Assembly (NCBI GenBank): GCA_045837725.1
Contig: JBEWZL010000152.1
Location: 310,001-374,000 of the forward strand
Direction: 5' to 3'
Length of the DNA stretch: 64,000 nucleotides
Origin: Vermamoeba vermiformis
Taxonomy: Eukaryota
The position numbers and the translations under genes are program-made. This document shows, in pieces, positions 10,862 to 24,665 of this stretch. Position 1 is the stretch's first letter; every line of letters starts with the position of its first letter. The notes under the pieces are model-generated. The model ran no database searches. It saw nothing but the letters and a program-made list of their open reading frames with translations, and was not told the origin of the DNA.

Positions 10862-13800
10862 TTAGAACGTTGGTCGTGCTCGCAATTGTTTCTCGAGATC
10901 TGCAATTCGTTCGCGCAGCAACTCATTTTCCAACTCCAACTTTCGTTTGTCGTCTTGATTGGCCGCGTTACTGCCACTCGTTGGTGCTGTTGAAGCTGCG
11001 GGTGTATTACCGCTTGTCATGCCAGCTGACACTTTGTCGCCGAGACCTTTCTTGATGCGCACAATCTTGCCCGTGTACAGAGCAATCAATGTCACCAAAG
11101 TACTGAACACCAACACTGCATCTGTCACGATGAACACGACAAGGGCGTTGGGAACAGCTGAATGAAACCACTCGTTAGCAAAACTTTCGTGGAGTATCGT
11201 GTTTGACAGGTGTCATAAGTAACACGTGGCACGAGTAGCAGTGACGAGTACGTATGTTTAGCATATGTTATTAACTTACTGAAGAGAATGGGAATGAGAA
11301 TCACTGCTGAGAAGCTGTAGATGTACACTGATAGCGAGACTGGTCTGGACTCGTTGTATGCTTCAGCCAAGTTGCGAGTCAAGAATGAAAGCACAATTCC
11401 GACCAACAAAAGAACGCATGACCAACCAAGAATGATGGCGAACAAGATGGTGCCAGTGCCTCCTGTTTGACACACCATCATGTATTGATCGGGTCCAAGA
11501 CTCTCGCGGTATGGTGCGGCAACAGGAGCATCGAGAACTGTCCACGTGATCAACACAGCAGTATAAACAGCTAAGATGCCGGCCAAGAATGGTGCCAGCT
11601 TCGCATCAGTGATCTTCTTGATGACGAGACTCTTTGTTGACAAGCGCCACAGACGATAAAGCTTCACAAAGATGCTTCCATAGATGAAACCAAAGCCCAA
11701 CTGTAGCAAGTTAGTTACCAACGTCATCTAAAAGAATGAAAAAGGTACTTACAGCGAACAGCCACATTGATGAAGTACACAGCGATGATGTCGTGGGAGG
11801 AATGGAGAACAAAAGAACTGACAGAAAGATGAGTGTTGCACCTCCGAGAGTGGTGTAGTGGAATGTTGGACTCGTGCCTCGAATGATCTGAGCAAAGGGA
11901 TTGAGTTAGAAACGATAGCAAGTAATAGTGCTAGGGAGCTCTCATCTTACCTTTTTGTTTCGGTGGATAATGACGAACACAACGAGACCCACGGCAATCG
12001 CAACACAGACCGCCGAGATAACTACAAATGCAATTCTGAGAGCATAAGGAAGTGTCACTTCGTAATCAAACACGGGTCGCTGAGCACCAATGAACAGAGC
12101 ATAAGCTGTTTGTTGTTCATGACGTCCGTACTTGTCGAGGAGTCCAGTTCCATGCATCAACTGTTGCGGACTGGAACTCGTCGAGTGACACTTCGTCGTT
12201 CAGGTACTGCGACAATCGAAAGCCCAGCGCATAATTGAACTCGCTGTACTGCTCCAGAGGCAAGTCAACAACCGCGTTGAGGCTGTTTTGAGCCGCCTTG
12301 CTTGAGGCAACCATCGTCGAAGCGGTCAAGTTGCTGAACCCGACATTGAGAAAGATGCTCGCGTTCATCAATGAGTCGCGCACTGGATCCCAGCCAAGAC
12401 CAAGAAGTACTGATTGAAGGTACTGCGAAGGCTGGCTGACAAAAGACAAAAAGTCGTAGGTAGCTTGAAGTCGCTCCGCAGGAATGAAGTTTGAGATTGC
12501 CATGGTCCATCCTAGCGTAGCTGCGTATGGTGCTCTGTTGAGTCCGAGACTGTCCATGTACGGACACAGCTCTTGAGTGCACTCTTCCATTTGTTTCGTG
12601 TTTCTGTTGTACACTGTACGAGAGCCAGGAGTGAGTGACATGCCTGTCACATTGGCCACGACGGAGGTGTTCAGTTGAGAGCGAACAGAAATGTCAGCCC
12701 AATCGAGGGCTAGAGCACAACGTCCCTCAGTCCAGGGATCTCGCATGTTTTCGGAATCCAACAGCGGACTGGTCCGAACAATCTCGCGCAAGATCTGTGC
12801 TGCTTCACGGAATGCTGGTGTGTTGACCATGATATCCATATTCGTGGGGTCGAAGAACATTCCTTGTTTTGTGCCAAGACTCTGAATCATGGGAGCAGCA
12901 ATTGTCCAAATCCAGTACGCGGTCGGGATCCATCCGGTTGTGTTCTTCGTGCCAACGCAAACGCCGTAGTCAGGAATACCGTCGTTGTTCAAGTCTTGAC
13001 CATCAAGCTTTTTCATGACGCTGATAAAGTCGTCCCTAAACAAAAGGAGGGTTAAAAGAAGGCTCGAGTGTGGCCACAAATGGCACCGCTTCTATTTTAA
13101 CTACGAATTAAGAAGAGAACCATGGAGATAATTATGTGCATAAGTTGCGTCGTAAATGGCTGCATATCAGCAGCGGACAATTATTAGGCACTTTGATGCA
13201 GCGCAAACACTAATTTCTTGATTTTGCTTGTGGTGCTCGCAGCCAAATCCGAAAAAAATTGAAATTTGTTCTTCGTTTTAGCTTGCCGAGCCAAGTTAGG
13301 AAAGGGACTCTATTTTTTTAAAATTTCGATCCCTTGTTTTAATCAATCTCCGAAATTTGCCGCCTTTTTAGGCAACTTCAGAACTTCTACTCACCATGTC
13401 TGAGGAACATCTAAACCAAACTTTTCGAGCACATCCTTACGATAGAACATGTAATGGAAGTCTAACAAATAAAATCAGCAATTAATGTTATTGTTCCAAA
13501 AGTCTACAACCGAATTTAGCATGTCAAATTTCTGACGCCTTCAAAAACGTGCGTGTAAGCTTACCTCCGTCAATAGGAACAGTATAAATTTCGCCATCGT
13601 ATGCACTATTCGTTGATCGTTGAAATACTGCAACATCGTTCCATTTCAGCGCTGCATCGTTGCGGATTAACTCCGTCAAAGGTGCAATCATTGGTCGTTG
13701 TTCAGGATCGCATTCAGAGCATAAAATAAGCTCGCTCTTGGTTTGGCCTGGGAACACAAATGCGTCATAGAATGGCGAACCCTTTCGTAAGTCTGCCAAC

Positions 13801-14041
13801 ATTTGATCCACCAAATCTCCTTTAGTACCGAACGACACGATGTTCACCTAACAAAAAATGGCGTTTAAATTATTATTGCAATAATAAAATAGTAGTATAC
13901 CTTGTTGCCGGTGGCAGCTTCGTATCCGGGAACATGAATTTCAACAAGTGGCACTTGTCTTTCAAACATCACAATGTTGATTGTCTCTGAGCAGGCAAGG
14001 CGCGCTGTGAGCAGCAAACCCACTAATAAATAGCGAAGCAT
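10862..14041 (-). CDS. Class C (GABA-B-like) GPCR with N-terminal extracellular solute-binding domain (copy 1; +1 frameshift near 12145 relative to copy 2)
   Basis: Signal peptide MLRYLLVGLLL; SBP-like YDGEIYTVPIDGDFHYMFYRKD and GRCALALDW; 7TM with GFGFIYGSIFVKLYR and LTRNLAEAYNES; C-terminal coiled coil. Confidence 0.8.
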
Positions 14042-14319
14042 GTTGTTGCTGTGCTTCCTCTCTGGTTGAAAAATAGTTCGTCACACCAACAGAATTATTA
14101 AATCACCAAAAAAAAAAAGCACGTGTCAGTTTGTGTCGGGCTAAATTCAATCTGGCATGAAGGATACTTTCTATATGAATTGCCATTCACGATAATTTAG
14201 TAATTAATTTCGGAAGTATTTGCCAAGCTTGATGAATGTGAATTCCATAAGCAGTAGATATCAAAAACAATAAATAATGAGATTACCTTATATAATATCC
14301 ATGTTATCTCCTTCTTAAC

Positions 14320-14663
14320 TTAGTACGTTGGTCGTGCTCGTAATTGTTTCTCAAGATCTGCAGAGGCGATTCTTTCTTGAAGCAACTCGTTTTCCAACTC
14401 CAGCTTTCGTTTCGCATCTGGATTGGCCATTGATGCAGTACGGCTACTGAAAAACGGTGCCGTTGATGTCGGCGGTGTCATACCAGTTGACATGCCGATT
14501 GACACTTAGTCGCCGATACCTTTCTTGATGCGAACAATCTTGCTCAAGTACAGAGCAATCAATGTCACCAAAGTACTGAATACTAACACTGCGTCTGTCA
14601 CGATGAAGAAGACGAGGGCGTTGGGACGGCTGTACAAACCACGGGTGAATGGAAATCGTTAGT
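14320..14663 (-). pseudogene. Duplicated terminal exon of the GPCR with a premature stop
   Basis: Homologous to the last exon of both GPCR copies (AVPNALVFFIVTDAVL...KRKLELENELLQERI...RARPTY). GAC-TAA replaces GAC-AAA near 14506. Branch point GACTAAC and TACAG acceptor are retained. Confidence 0.75.
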
Positions 14664-15071
14664 CAACCGTACGGAATTAAGTTTTGGGTTACGGGCTTTT
14701 TGGGAAACCGCTATGAATGTTATCCGCAGTCTGAGGTACCTCGCATCCATACTTATCGAGAATATCCTTACGGTAGAACATATATGGAAATCTAAATTTG
14801 GTCGATTAATTAACGTGGCAATCTTTAGTAATCGGGCAGTAAATTTGCACAATACCTCCGTCACGTGATTCAAAAAGTCAATCTCCCACGAGATTGCACC
14901 TTTGTTATAAGCTTATTTGTTTCTTGCCATTTGAAGTATATTTTGTCTTTTTGGTAAAAGGAATAATTCAAGCTTTATGCCAGGGTTAGGGAATCCAGTC
15001 GACTGCTGTTAACGTTGAAATAAATTTAAATTTTACCTTACTATAATACATGTTTTGTATTCGGCCCGAAC

Positions 15072-17917
15072 TTAGTACGTTGGTCGTGCTCGCAATTGCT
15101 TCTCGAGATCTGCAATTCGTTCGCGCAGCAAGTCGTTTTCGAGCTCCAATTTTCGTTTGGCGTCTGGATTAGCCATTGAAGTTGTGTAACTGGCCGGGGC
15201 TGTTGAAGTTGCGGGTGTATTTCCGCTTGTCATGCCAGCTGACACTTTGTCGCCAAGACCTTTCTTAATGCGAACAATCTTGCTCAAGTACAGAGCGATC
15301 AATGTCACCAATGTGCTGAACACCAACACTGCGTCTGTCACAATGAACACGACAAGGGCGTTGGGGACGGCTGTACGAAACCAGTCGTTAGCAAAACTTT
15401 CGTGGAGTATCACGTTTGACAGGTGTCATAAGTAACACTTGGCACGGGCATCAGTGCCGAGTACGTGTGTTTAGCACATGTTATCAACTTACTGAAGAGA
15501 ATGGGAATGAGAATCACTGCTGAGAAACTGTAGATGTACACTGATAGCGAGACTGGTTTTGATTCGTTGTATGCTTCAGCCAAGTTGCGAGTCAAGAACG
15601 AGAGCACGATTCCGACCAACAACAGAACACACGACCAGCCAAGAATGATGGCAAAGAGAATGATGCCAGTGCCTCCCGTTTGGCACACCATCATGTATTG
15701 ATCGGGTCCAAGACTCTCGCGGTATTGAGCGGCAGATGGTGGATCTAGAACGGTCCAGGCAACAAGAAGGGCGGTATACACAGCCAAGATACCGGCCAAG
15801 AATGGTGCCAGCTTCGCGTCAGTGATCTTCTTGATGATGAGACTCTTAGTTGAGAGTCGCCACAAGCGATACAGCTTCACAAAGATGCTTCCATAGATGA
15901 AACCGAAACCCAACTAGAACGAATGTCAGCCAAGAACAACCAATTTAAGGACGAAAATACTTACAGCGAACAGCCACATTGATGAAGTACACAACGGTGA
16001 TGTCGTGGGAGGAATGGAGAACAAAAGAACTGACAGAAAGATGAGTGTTGCACCTCCAAGAGTGGTGTAGTGGAATGTTGGACTCGTGCCTCGGATGATC
16101 TGAGCACATGGATTGAGTTAGAAACGATAGCAAGTAACAGTGCCCGAGAGGATCAATCTTACCTTTTTGTTTCGGTGAATAATGACGAACACAACGAGAC
16201 CCAAGGCAACGACAACACACACGGCAGAGATGGCAACGAAAGCTATTCTGAGCGCGTCAGGAAGTGTCACTTCGTAGTCGAATACTGGGCGTGGGGCACC
16301 AATGAAGAGAGCATAAGCTGTTTGTTGTTCACGACGTCCGTACTTGTCAAGGAGTGAGTTCCATGCATCAACTGTTGCGGCCTGGAATTCATCGAGTGAA
16401 ATCTCATCGTACAAGAACTGCGAGAGCTTGACACCAAGAGCCAAGGTGTATTCGTTGTACTTCTCCAAGGGCAAGTCAGCGACTGCGTTGAGACTGTTCT
16501 GAGAGCCTTTGTTCGAGGCTACCATGGTCGTGGCAGTGAGATTGCTGAAACCGACGTTGAGGAAGATCTGAGGGTCCATCTGTGAATCACGCACGAGATC
16601 CCAGCCAAGACCAAGGAGCACTGACTGGATACTATGAGCAGGCTGACTGACATATGACAAGAAGTCGTAGGTAGCTTGCAATCGACTTTGAGGAATGAAG
16701 CGAGAGATTGCCATGGTCCATCCAAGAGCTGCTGCGTATGGTGCTCTGTTGAGTCCGAGACTGTCCATGTACGGACACAGCTCTTGCGTGCACTCTTCCA
16801 TTTGTTTCGTGGCTCTGTTGAACACTGTACGAGACCCCGGAGTGAGTGACATGCCTGTCACATTGGCCACGACGGAGATGTTGAGCTGAGAGCGGACGGC
16901 AATGTCACCCCAATCGAGTGCAAGTGCACAACGGCCTTCAGTCCAGAGATCGCGAATATTTTCGATTGGGCTGTAGCGTGCGATCTCGCGCAAAATTTCT
17001 GCAGCGTCACGGAAAGCAGTAGTATTGGCCATAATGTCCATATTGTTAGGATCAAAGAAGAGGCCTTGCTTGGTACCCAGGCTTTGAAGCATTGGAGCGG
17101 CAATTGTCCAAATAAAATAAGAAGACGGGATCCATCCGGTTTGGTTCTTTGTCTCGACACAAGCGCCGTAGTCAGGAATGCCATCATTATTGAAGTCCTG
17201 GCCATGAACAGTCTTCATTACGTTAATAAAGTCAGCCCTAAATAAATAAAGTTATTTTTGGTCCCGGATTCAATTTCGAAACTGCCGAATCGGCAGTTAA
17301 ATGTGACTCACCATGTCTGAGGAACGTCTAAGCCGTACTTTTCCAATATGTCTTTGCGATAGAACATGTAATGAAAGTCTATAAAGAAAATATTAGCAAT
17401 GACAAGATCAAACATGTCAATCAACAAACCTCCGTCAATAGGAACAGTATAAATTTCGCCATCGTACGCACTATTAGTTGATCGTTGAAATACTGCCACA
17501 TCGTTCCATTGCAGCGCTGGATCGTTGCGAATATACTCCGTCAAAGGTGCAATGAGTGGTCGTTGCTCTGGATCGCATTCTGAGCATAGAATGAGCTCGC
17601 TCTTAGTCTGGCCTAAGAAAACGAACGCATCGTAGAACGGCGAGCCTTTTCTTAAGTCCGCTTCAATTTGATCTAAAAGGTCTCCAAAGGATTCGATGGA
17701 CACAATGTTCACCTAACAAAATTAGAGCTTAGCTAATCGCATATAAGCTTATTAAGTCTATATTTACCTTGTTGCCGGTGGCTGCTTCGTATCCAGGCAC
17801 ATGAATCTCAACTAGAGGCACTTGTACATCGTTCATAACGATGTTAATTGTCTCAGATCGAGCAATGGTTAAGAGACTTGCTATAAGCAGCAAAGCGACT
17901 AAACAATATCGCAACAT
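15072..17917 (-). CDS. Class C (GABA-B-like) GPCR with N-terminal extracellular solute-binding domain (copy 2, apparently intact)
   Basis: Same exon structure as copy 1, and the frame is open through the SBP/TM1 junction (ORF 16118-17218). 7tm_3-type TRN...NES motif and coiled-coil tail. Confidence 0.85.
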
Positions 17918-19187
17918 GTTAGTTCGCTCGCGTGGTGTTATTTACAACTTGAATTTAGAAACTATCACGAAAAAATATGAACTTGCCTTTTCTCGTTGAT
18001 TTGTGTTTCCATGAGCCATCAATCTTGACGCAATCTCGCTTAAAATAGCAGCAAAATTGGGTATATTCCCTCGATTTTAAGGCACAAAGAGCATCAATAG
18101 TCTTATACCTCTTCCTCCTAAGAAAAAACTCGTGTCAGATCTCGATTCATCTTTTCAATGTTTACACTAACATTTATAAGCATGGTTATGAATAAGAAAA
18201 TACCTCTTTATCTACGGTTACGCGAGGATATTGACGCCAGAATACAGTTCATTGACCACGAGCAAAAGAAGAAATTAGATCCCAAATCCAACCTAGGTTT
18301 ACGTTCTCGTCAGTGCATGAAGAGCAAAAATAGACTAAATCGAACAAACTTTATAAATCCTAGTTTACCATAGTAGGAATCGGCACGCTCGTCAAGAGTT
18401 GATGACGTATTGCCGAAAGCTTTGAGTAGTCAGTGCACGATCCAGCAGCAAATTTAGTACTTGATTAATGTTTGATGAGTATGGAGGATTAGTACATTAT
18501 TTATGAGGCCAAACATCAATGTAGTTGCAAGTTTTTTTTAGATTCGCTGTCACAAGCCGAAAAGGCTTTAAATTGAGGGAAACGTAGTAAATTACTGAAT
18601 TATTGTTGAATAACACGTGTATATAAAAGATATACCAATGTAAACCTGTATAATGAGGAAGAGAGAAAGTGAGACTAAGTACGGCCAAATTCTTACGTCT
18701 TTTATGCGAGATTTGGAATTTGAAATTAATTAAAGGTAGCTATTGTAACGTATTTTTCTTTAATAAGTACGTTCGCCTTTAAACAGCAATGTGGATTGAA
18801 TTGCCAAATGATAAAAGAGATTTGGATTAATTAATTTGGTATCAAATATCTTTTGCAATATAAGGAATAATTACTTTCACATAATTCACAATTTACGGCA
18901 AATATCGGTGCATACCTTGCAAATCCAAACCAAAATTTGCAATCCAACGACTGTAATTTACTTTTTTAATACAGCTCGCTCAGAAGACCTCTTAATCTCG
19001 TACTCGTACGATATAAGAAATAAATAAGCACTTGTTGTTATTATGCAAATGTTTTGGCTTGATAATTCCAAAAATAGGTTTGACATTTATCGAGAAGAAG
19101 ATTACTCGTAAAATCTACGCGGAGATATTGTTTTCGTTCTATTCATATTATTAAAGTAACGACAATAGGACGTGCTATAAGCCGTAA

Positions 19188-22100
19188 ATGGCGCACAGAG
19201 TGCGATCGGATGTGCACTTATTACAAGAAGTTGCTGAGGAGATAAAAGAGCTCGAGAAGGAAGTTACTTGCACGAAAGATAATACTAGAGAGTCTTATTC
19301 AGGAACAGCTGATACTGCTTCATCATCGGGCAGGACATCTGAGGTAATTGCAATTCCAAAAAGAAAATTAATCAAAATTATTGATTACAATTCGTCCCGA
19401 TAAAAAATTTGACGCCCGTTGATGTATTTCGTAATACTTCGATCCAATTGTATTAAAATAATTCAATAATGGATTGATTGATTAATTCACCAGATCCACA
19501 ATTAACAACGTTATAAATTGAATCGCATTATTTATTAATTAAAACATGTAGGCTGGCGAGGATAAATCTCCAAAGACCCCTCGAGGAGCAACAGATCCAA
19601 CTGTAGCACCTGTCGTCCTAATCTACACAGACGAGCAGAAAATAACAGTAGATCCGACCTACAATCTCGTAATCGATAATTTATTAGCCGATCTATCTGT
19701 AAATGTCAGCGATATGAAAGTACAGCATAATTCTGCACCAAAACCGTTAACCACATCCAAGGAGTACCATTCTAACCCAAATCCGTCATTAATTGGCACC
19801 AGACGTAAGTTTAAAGGCTATTAATGTTAATTTAATGAAATAACGAGGGCTAGCATTTATATTAATGGAACTCAATAAAGCGAAGCTGATTTTCTCTTTC
19901 AATATCAGATGCTGGATCTGGTCCACCACCGACAAGAGTACCTCCAATTCAAACCAATTCAAATAGCAATAGCGATGCTGAGTCACCTTCTCCTCGAAGC
20001 CAAGCAAATCCAGCACCTTCAAGTCCAAAAGGACACGTAAAACAAAATTCAGGTACTTAATTCGCGCGATTTAATTCAAATTGAGCTGTTTTAGCCTTAT
20101 TTAACTATAATACAGCAGACTTAATACTAAGGACTGCTTTCCTATTAAGACTATTTTTTGACCCAAACGAGATCTAACTTTCAACCTGCTTTATTTCGAT
20201 TCTTGATAAGCTTTACTTGACAATATAATTAATTGGACTATTATACGCGTAGCCCCGGCGCCAGTGAAGCTAGATCCGGTTCAGAAAGGCGCATCCCTTA
20301 GTTTGGCGAAAGGACCATTTCTTAGGCATTGCAGGCCGATACAGAGATTTATTGGAGCTGCTATTAGATAACTTAGAGTACGTACTTATGTACCTTCCTC
20401 GCGAGCCCAGATTATTCCGTTTGTTTTCTGAAGATTTTCAAGATCGAAATCCAGATCTGCAAGCTTTTTGAAACACAACTCGCATTATTATCGATTGAAA
20501 TGAGATCAGGGCATTAATTGATCGAATAGGTACACTGCTGCGTTATCGCAAGGAGTAGATCCAGCCGAAATGGATCAGTTCGCGCGTTTACTCGTCAATA
20601 TATTCTCGCATTATAACAGAACTTTGCCGTTGATCAGAGAATTGATTGAAGGTGAATTCAAACTGGTTAATGAAGCGAATAAGGGCGCTATTCTGCGAGG
20701 CAACAGTATGACGAGCAAGATCGAGTCTGCTTATTCTCGTATCCTTAATCAAACTGTTATAATATGCTATGCGTCTTACATTAGACCAAAATATACGCAG
20801 ATAATGCTAATACTCCGTTTCCTTATGAAATTTTATTTACGGATCAGATCTGCCCGTTACACGAGCAATCTAAGGCAGTTTTCTTAATTTCCTTAACGTA
20901 CATCTCTTCTTTAATACAGGAAAGATCGGGTTAGGCTATTTAAAGCTCTTATTCAACGACTTATTCCAACAAATCCTTGGCAACGATCAACTCGATCTCG
21001 AAATCGACCCTAAGAAGGTTTCAAATCGAGGGTTACTAGCGAAGCACGAAGAACAGTTGCGCAGCTATGTCAAATTGTTCTTAGATCGTATCACTAGCTA
21101 TGCTATGATCGAAAAAATGCCTCGCGAAATTAGGTACCGATTGGATCTGGACTTTGAAAGCATTACGACGCCTTAAAAAGCCGTGATAATGCTTAATGGT
21201 ATTATACAAACATATATTAATGCTTATTTATTGCAGGGCCATCGCTGGTTTTACAGCTGAATACGCTAAAGTTTACTCGCCGGATCAGATCAGTCCTTTA
21301 GTCGGTGGATTCGTCTTATTAAGGTATTTATATACACCAACACTATATTAAACCTTATTTATTAATAATTTGTATTTAGATACTTGACTCCTGCTATTGT
21401 AACCCCGGAAAGTTTTGACCTGGTGCCCGAAGGTGTTTCAGTGACGCCCAAAGGACGAAGAAATTTAATATTAATCGCCAAAGTACTTCAGGTAAGTAAT
21501 AGCATGCCTAAATTTACTTAAACTTAATCTCAAAGCGGATTTTCTTTATTATTAATTATTTTTTGATTAGTAATTTTGTTTTATTCTACGATTCAATCAG
21601 GTTACTCGATAAAACTGTATGTTTAATTATGTACCTTTCCAATAGAATATTTCCAATGCCCAAACATTCGATAAGAAAGAAGAGTACATGACAGTACTCA
21701 ACGATGTCGTCAATGAAAATGCTCCGCGCATGGTGACCTACTTGAATATGATATCTACCGATCCCTTAGTATCCAGTAATAAGGATGGTATGTTCAGAAA
21801 AAGTGCAATTCAAAGCTGACATCCGCCTTAAGCTAAACGCTGACATTTTTTTCAAATTTATAATCTTGTTACATTTAATCGTATAGTTACTCTATTTCAT
21901 TAAAGTATGTTCATATTGGTACTCGAGATTAATTTTTATGCTTTTAGCATTACCATGGGAAGATCTGACGTTCAATGTTTTGGATCGGTTCTTTGAGACT
22001 AAGAAAGTTGATTTGCACGACTTGTTCCATTTACACAGAGGCCTATTTAACAACATTAACAAGATCAAAGCCGTTTTATCAAAGAAGGTACGGTCAAATC

Positions 22101-24457
22101 ATTAATTCAGTAGTCTTGCTCACGTGCTAATATTTCCTTATTTGGCAATAGTACCCGAACGAATTTGCAGCTCCGTTAAGTCCCAAAGGCAACTCCTCGC
22201 CGCCCTTGAACAATTCAGGAGACTCCCCGCGTGGAGAACATCACTCCAATCAGTCCAGCAACAGCCCAACATTGATGCCTAACCCGCACATCCCTACTTT
22301 GGAAGACCCAAATTCTTCTTCTACAACACCCTCTGGGGCACCTGCAAAGCGAATCATGTTGTCGCGGTCGCGCACTAACTTCCCTGAGCCTAATGTGGCC
22401 GTTCCTAGTAACACGAGTCCGACAAACACGACCGCAACACAAGGCCGCGGCACGTTTTCAATCGGTCTGTCGCGCCGTTCATCCACGTCATTTGACAAGG
22501 ACATGGAGCAGTCTATGAAGTTGTTGAGGCTGTGGGAGGAAAAGAGAGGCAGCAGCGATAAACGATCGATCAGAGGTACGTTGTCCTAGTGTCTGAAAAT
22601 TGCCTCTGAAGAGCTGTTCCTAACGTGATATCTTTCCATATTTAGAGTTTTATATGAGCATCGCGAGGTTGTTGGGCGAAATGGGCCCGCCACCAGTCAA
22701 CAGCACACCTGCAAAGTCCACTCGTAAGTCACCCTTTGACACGTGTCAACCAAGTGACATCTTCGAAGTGTCACGTGATACTAATGCTTTCCAATTATAG
22801 TATCGAGTGGGGATACCTCAGGTGAGGAAGATTATTCGTCATTTTTCTATCCTGGTCCTGCGAGCAAGAACGGCAACATTGTGTTCTATCTCATTGTGTC
22901 AAGGTAGGACTCACTCACTTGCTTCAATCTCGTTCAGCAGCGAAGCAATCAATGCTGGATCTGACCACGCGTTCATGAAAAAGTGTCGGGTGGATCCTAA
23001 CGATTTATTTTTCACAGAATCACGGAGAGATCCATGACCGAGCCTCAAAAGCTGATGGAGCACGTGAAGTCAACGGTTGACAGCGCTACCAAAAATGGAA
23101 ATTATTCGTTTGTGCTTGACATGTCATGGTCGAACTTTGACACGGGCATGACACGAAAGTTCATGAACAATATTGGCACTTTGATCGATTTAGATTACAG
23201 GTACGAGTTTATACAACACTTGCCTAATATGGAAATATGATAATTTATACTTTTATAGCTATAAGAAGAGAATGAAAGATATTTGGGTGGTGCATCCGAC
23301 ACCTGCATTCCAAGCCGTATTTTTCTTCTTGAAGTCCTTCATTAAAAGCAAAACTGCAAAGAAGATCCGACAGTTCTATAATTGGCGCGAGTTGACAGAA
23401 GTAATCGCCTTGGATAACATTCTGTTGCCCGAACAATCGAAGAATTTCATCACAAAGGCCTATCGCGTCATTAAAATTAACGCAAAGAATAAGAAACAAG
23501 AGCGCGTGATCAAATTCACGCCCAATTCATTGCTCAATATCGATCCGTAAGTCTTTGCAATAATTTTTTCACGGGATGACAAAAGATTTTTTCTTTCAGT
23601 CGATAAAATTCTAACGTATTTTTTCCTTTTATAGTAAGTCCTCTATGATCCAAAACGAGAAAATGTTAGACGATATTGAAGAGATTAGTTGTCCCTCAGA
23701 AAAAGAAATTGTGTTGAAATTCTCAGAATTGTCCATGGAACGAGACAGGCGCAAGAAAAAGAGCTCAATTCCGTTGATTAATAATCTGACCAAGTCCAAG
23801 AAAGAAGATTTGGCTGTACGACGATACACGTGCCTGTCAAAAGCGGATCGGGACAGCATCATCGAGGACATTTTTGCAGCTGGATATTACTTGGAAAACT
23901 TCAAAGGTCAACAAGAGTTCCATATTGTTAAAGTCAACAACGTTGGCAAGCGACAAGAACGGACGTTTAAGTTCACGTGCGACTCGTTGCTGAATCTGGA
24001 CGACCAGAAGATCAAGACTGAGATCAGTTTTGCGGGCATAGATCAGATCAAGTCTGACGAAACTGACGATAAGAACATTATATTTAAGTCAAAGGTACGT
24101 CTTATTAATAGACATTTATTTTATATAAGCTTTTCTTAATCATCAAACCGAGTAAAAATTGTGACATCTCGGTTCATGAAAAATATTCAGTGAACCGTGC
24201 AAGTTGCTAACTTCTTTGATCTTTGCAGCTATCAGCAAGCAACCGAGTGCTCATTTGTCGCTCGCGGTCTGAACGAGACTCGCTCCTGTCACGGTTAACA
24301 GCAGCCGTTGCCGTTTACCAATCCGCTGCTCGTCGCCAACAAGACGAAATGCAGCACGGCGTCATTGGTACGTATTTGTATTTGAATAACTTATTATTAT
24401 CTAATTAGCTCTTTCTAATGTCATTTTTTAACAGACTACTTCGCCAACCAAATGTAA
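19188..24457 (+). CDS. Neurofibromin-like RasGAP with CRAL-TRIO/Sec14 and PH-like modules
   Basis: RasGAP motifs ILRGNSMTSKI, VGGFVLLRYLTPAIVTPE, RNLILIAKVLQNISN and KKEEYM. Sec14-like SFFYPGPASKNGNIVFYLI...KDIWVVHP follows, then two related repeats (YRVIKINAKNKKQERVIKFT, FHIVKVNNVGKRQERTFKFT). Many canonical introns; one indel near 20285. Confidence 0.85.
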
Positions 24458-24665
24458 TAATATGTCGAAAACGAACCAAAAATTTTTGTTGCTCGCTACG
24501 GCAACTCGATGGCTGAGCTATTTTTGTCATGTACAATAATAAAAATGAAAATAATCGAGGAACACAAGTGCGGATCCACCAAAGTCGATTTGAACCTTCG
24601 CTTTTTTATTTTTCATATCGCTTTTCTTTTTTGTTATCTACATATTTACACTTTCGTAATCGAAA

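Noticed and set aside
12140-12150. Calling GPCR copy 1 a pseudogene
   Set aside because: Only one indel, and similar indels occur in conserved housekeeping genes in this window; unresolved without reads.
18158-18530. Short ORFs in the GPCR-RasGAP spacer
   Set aside because: No recognisable motif or consistent splice structure; possibly decayed sequence.
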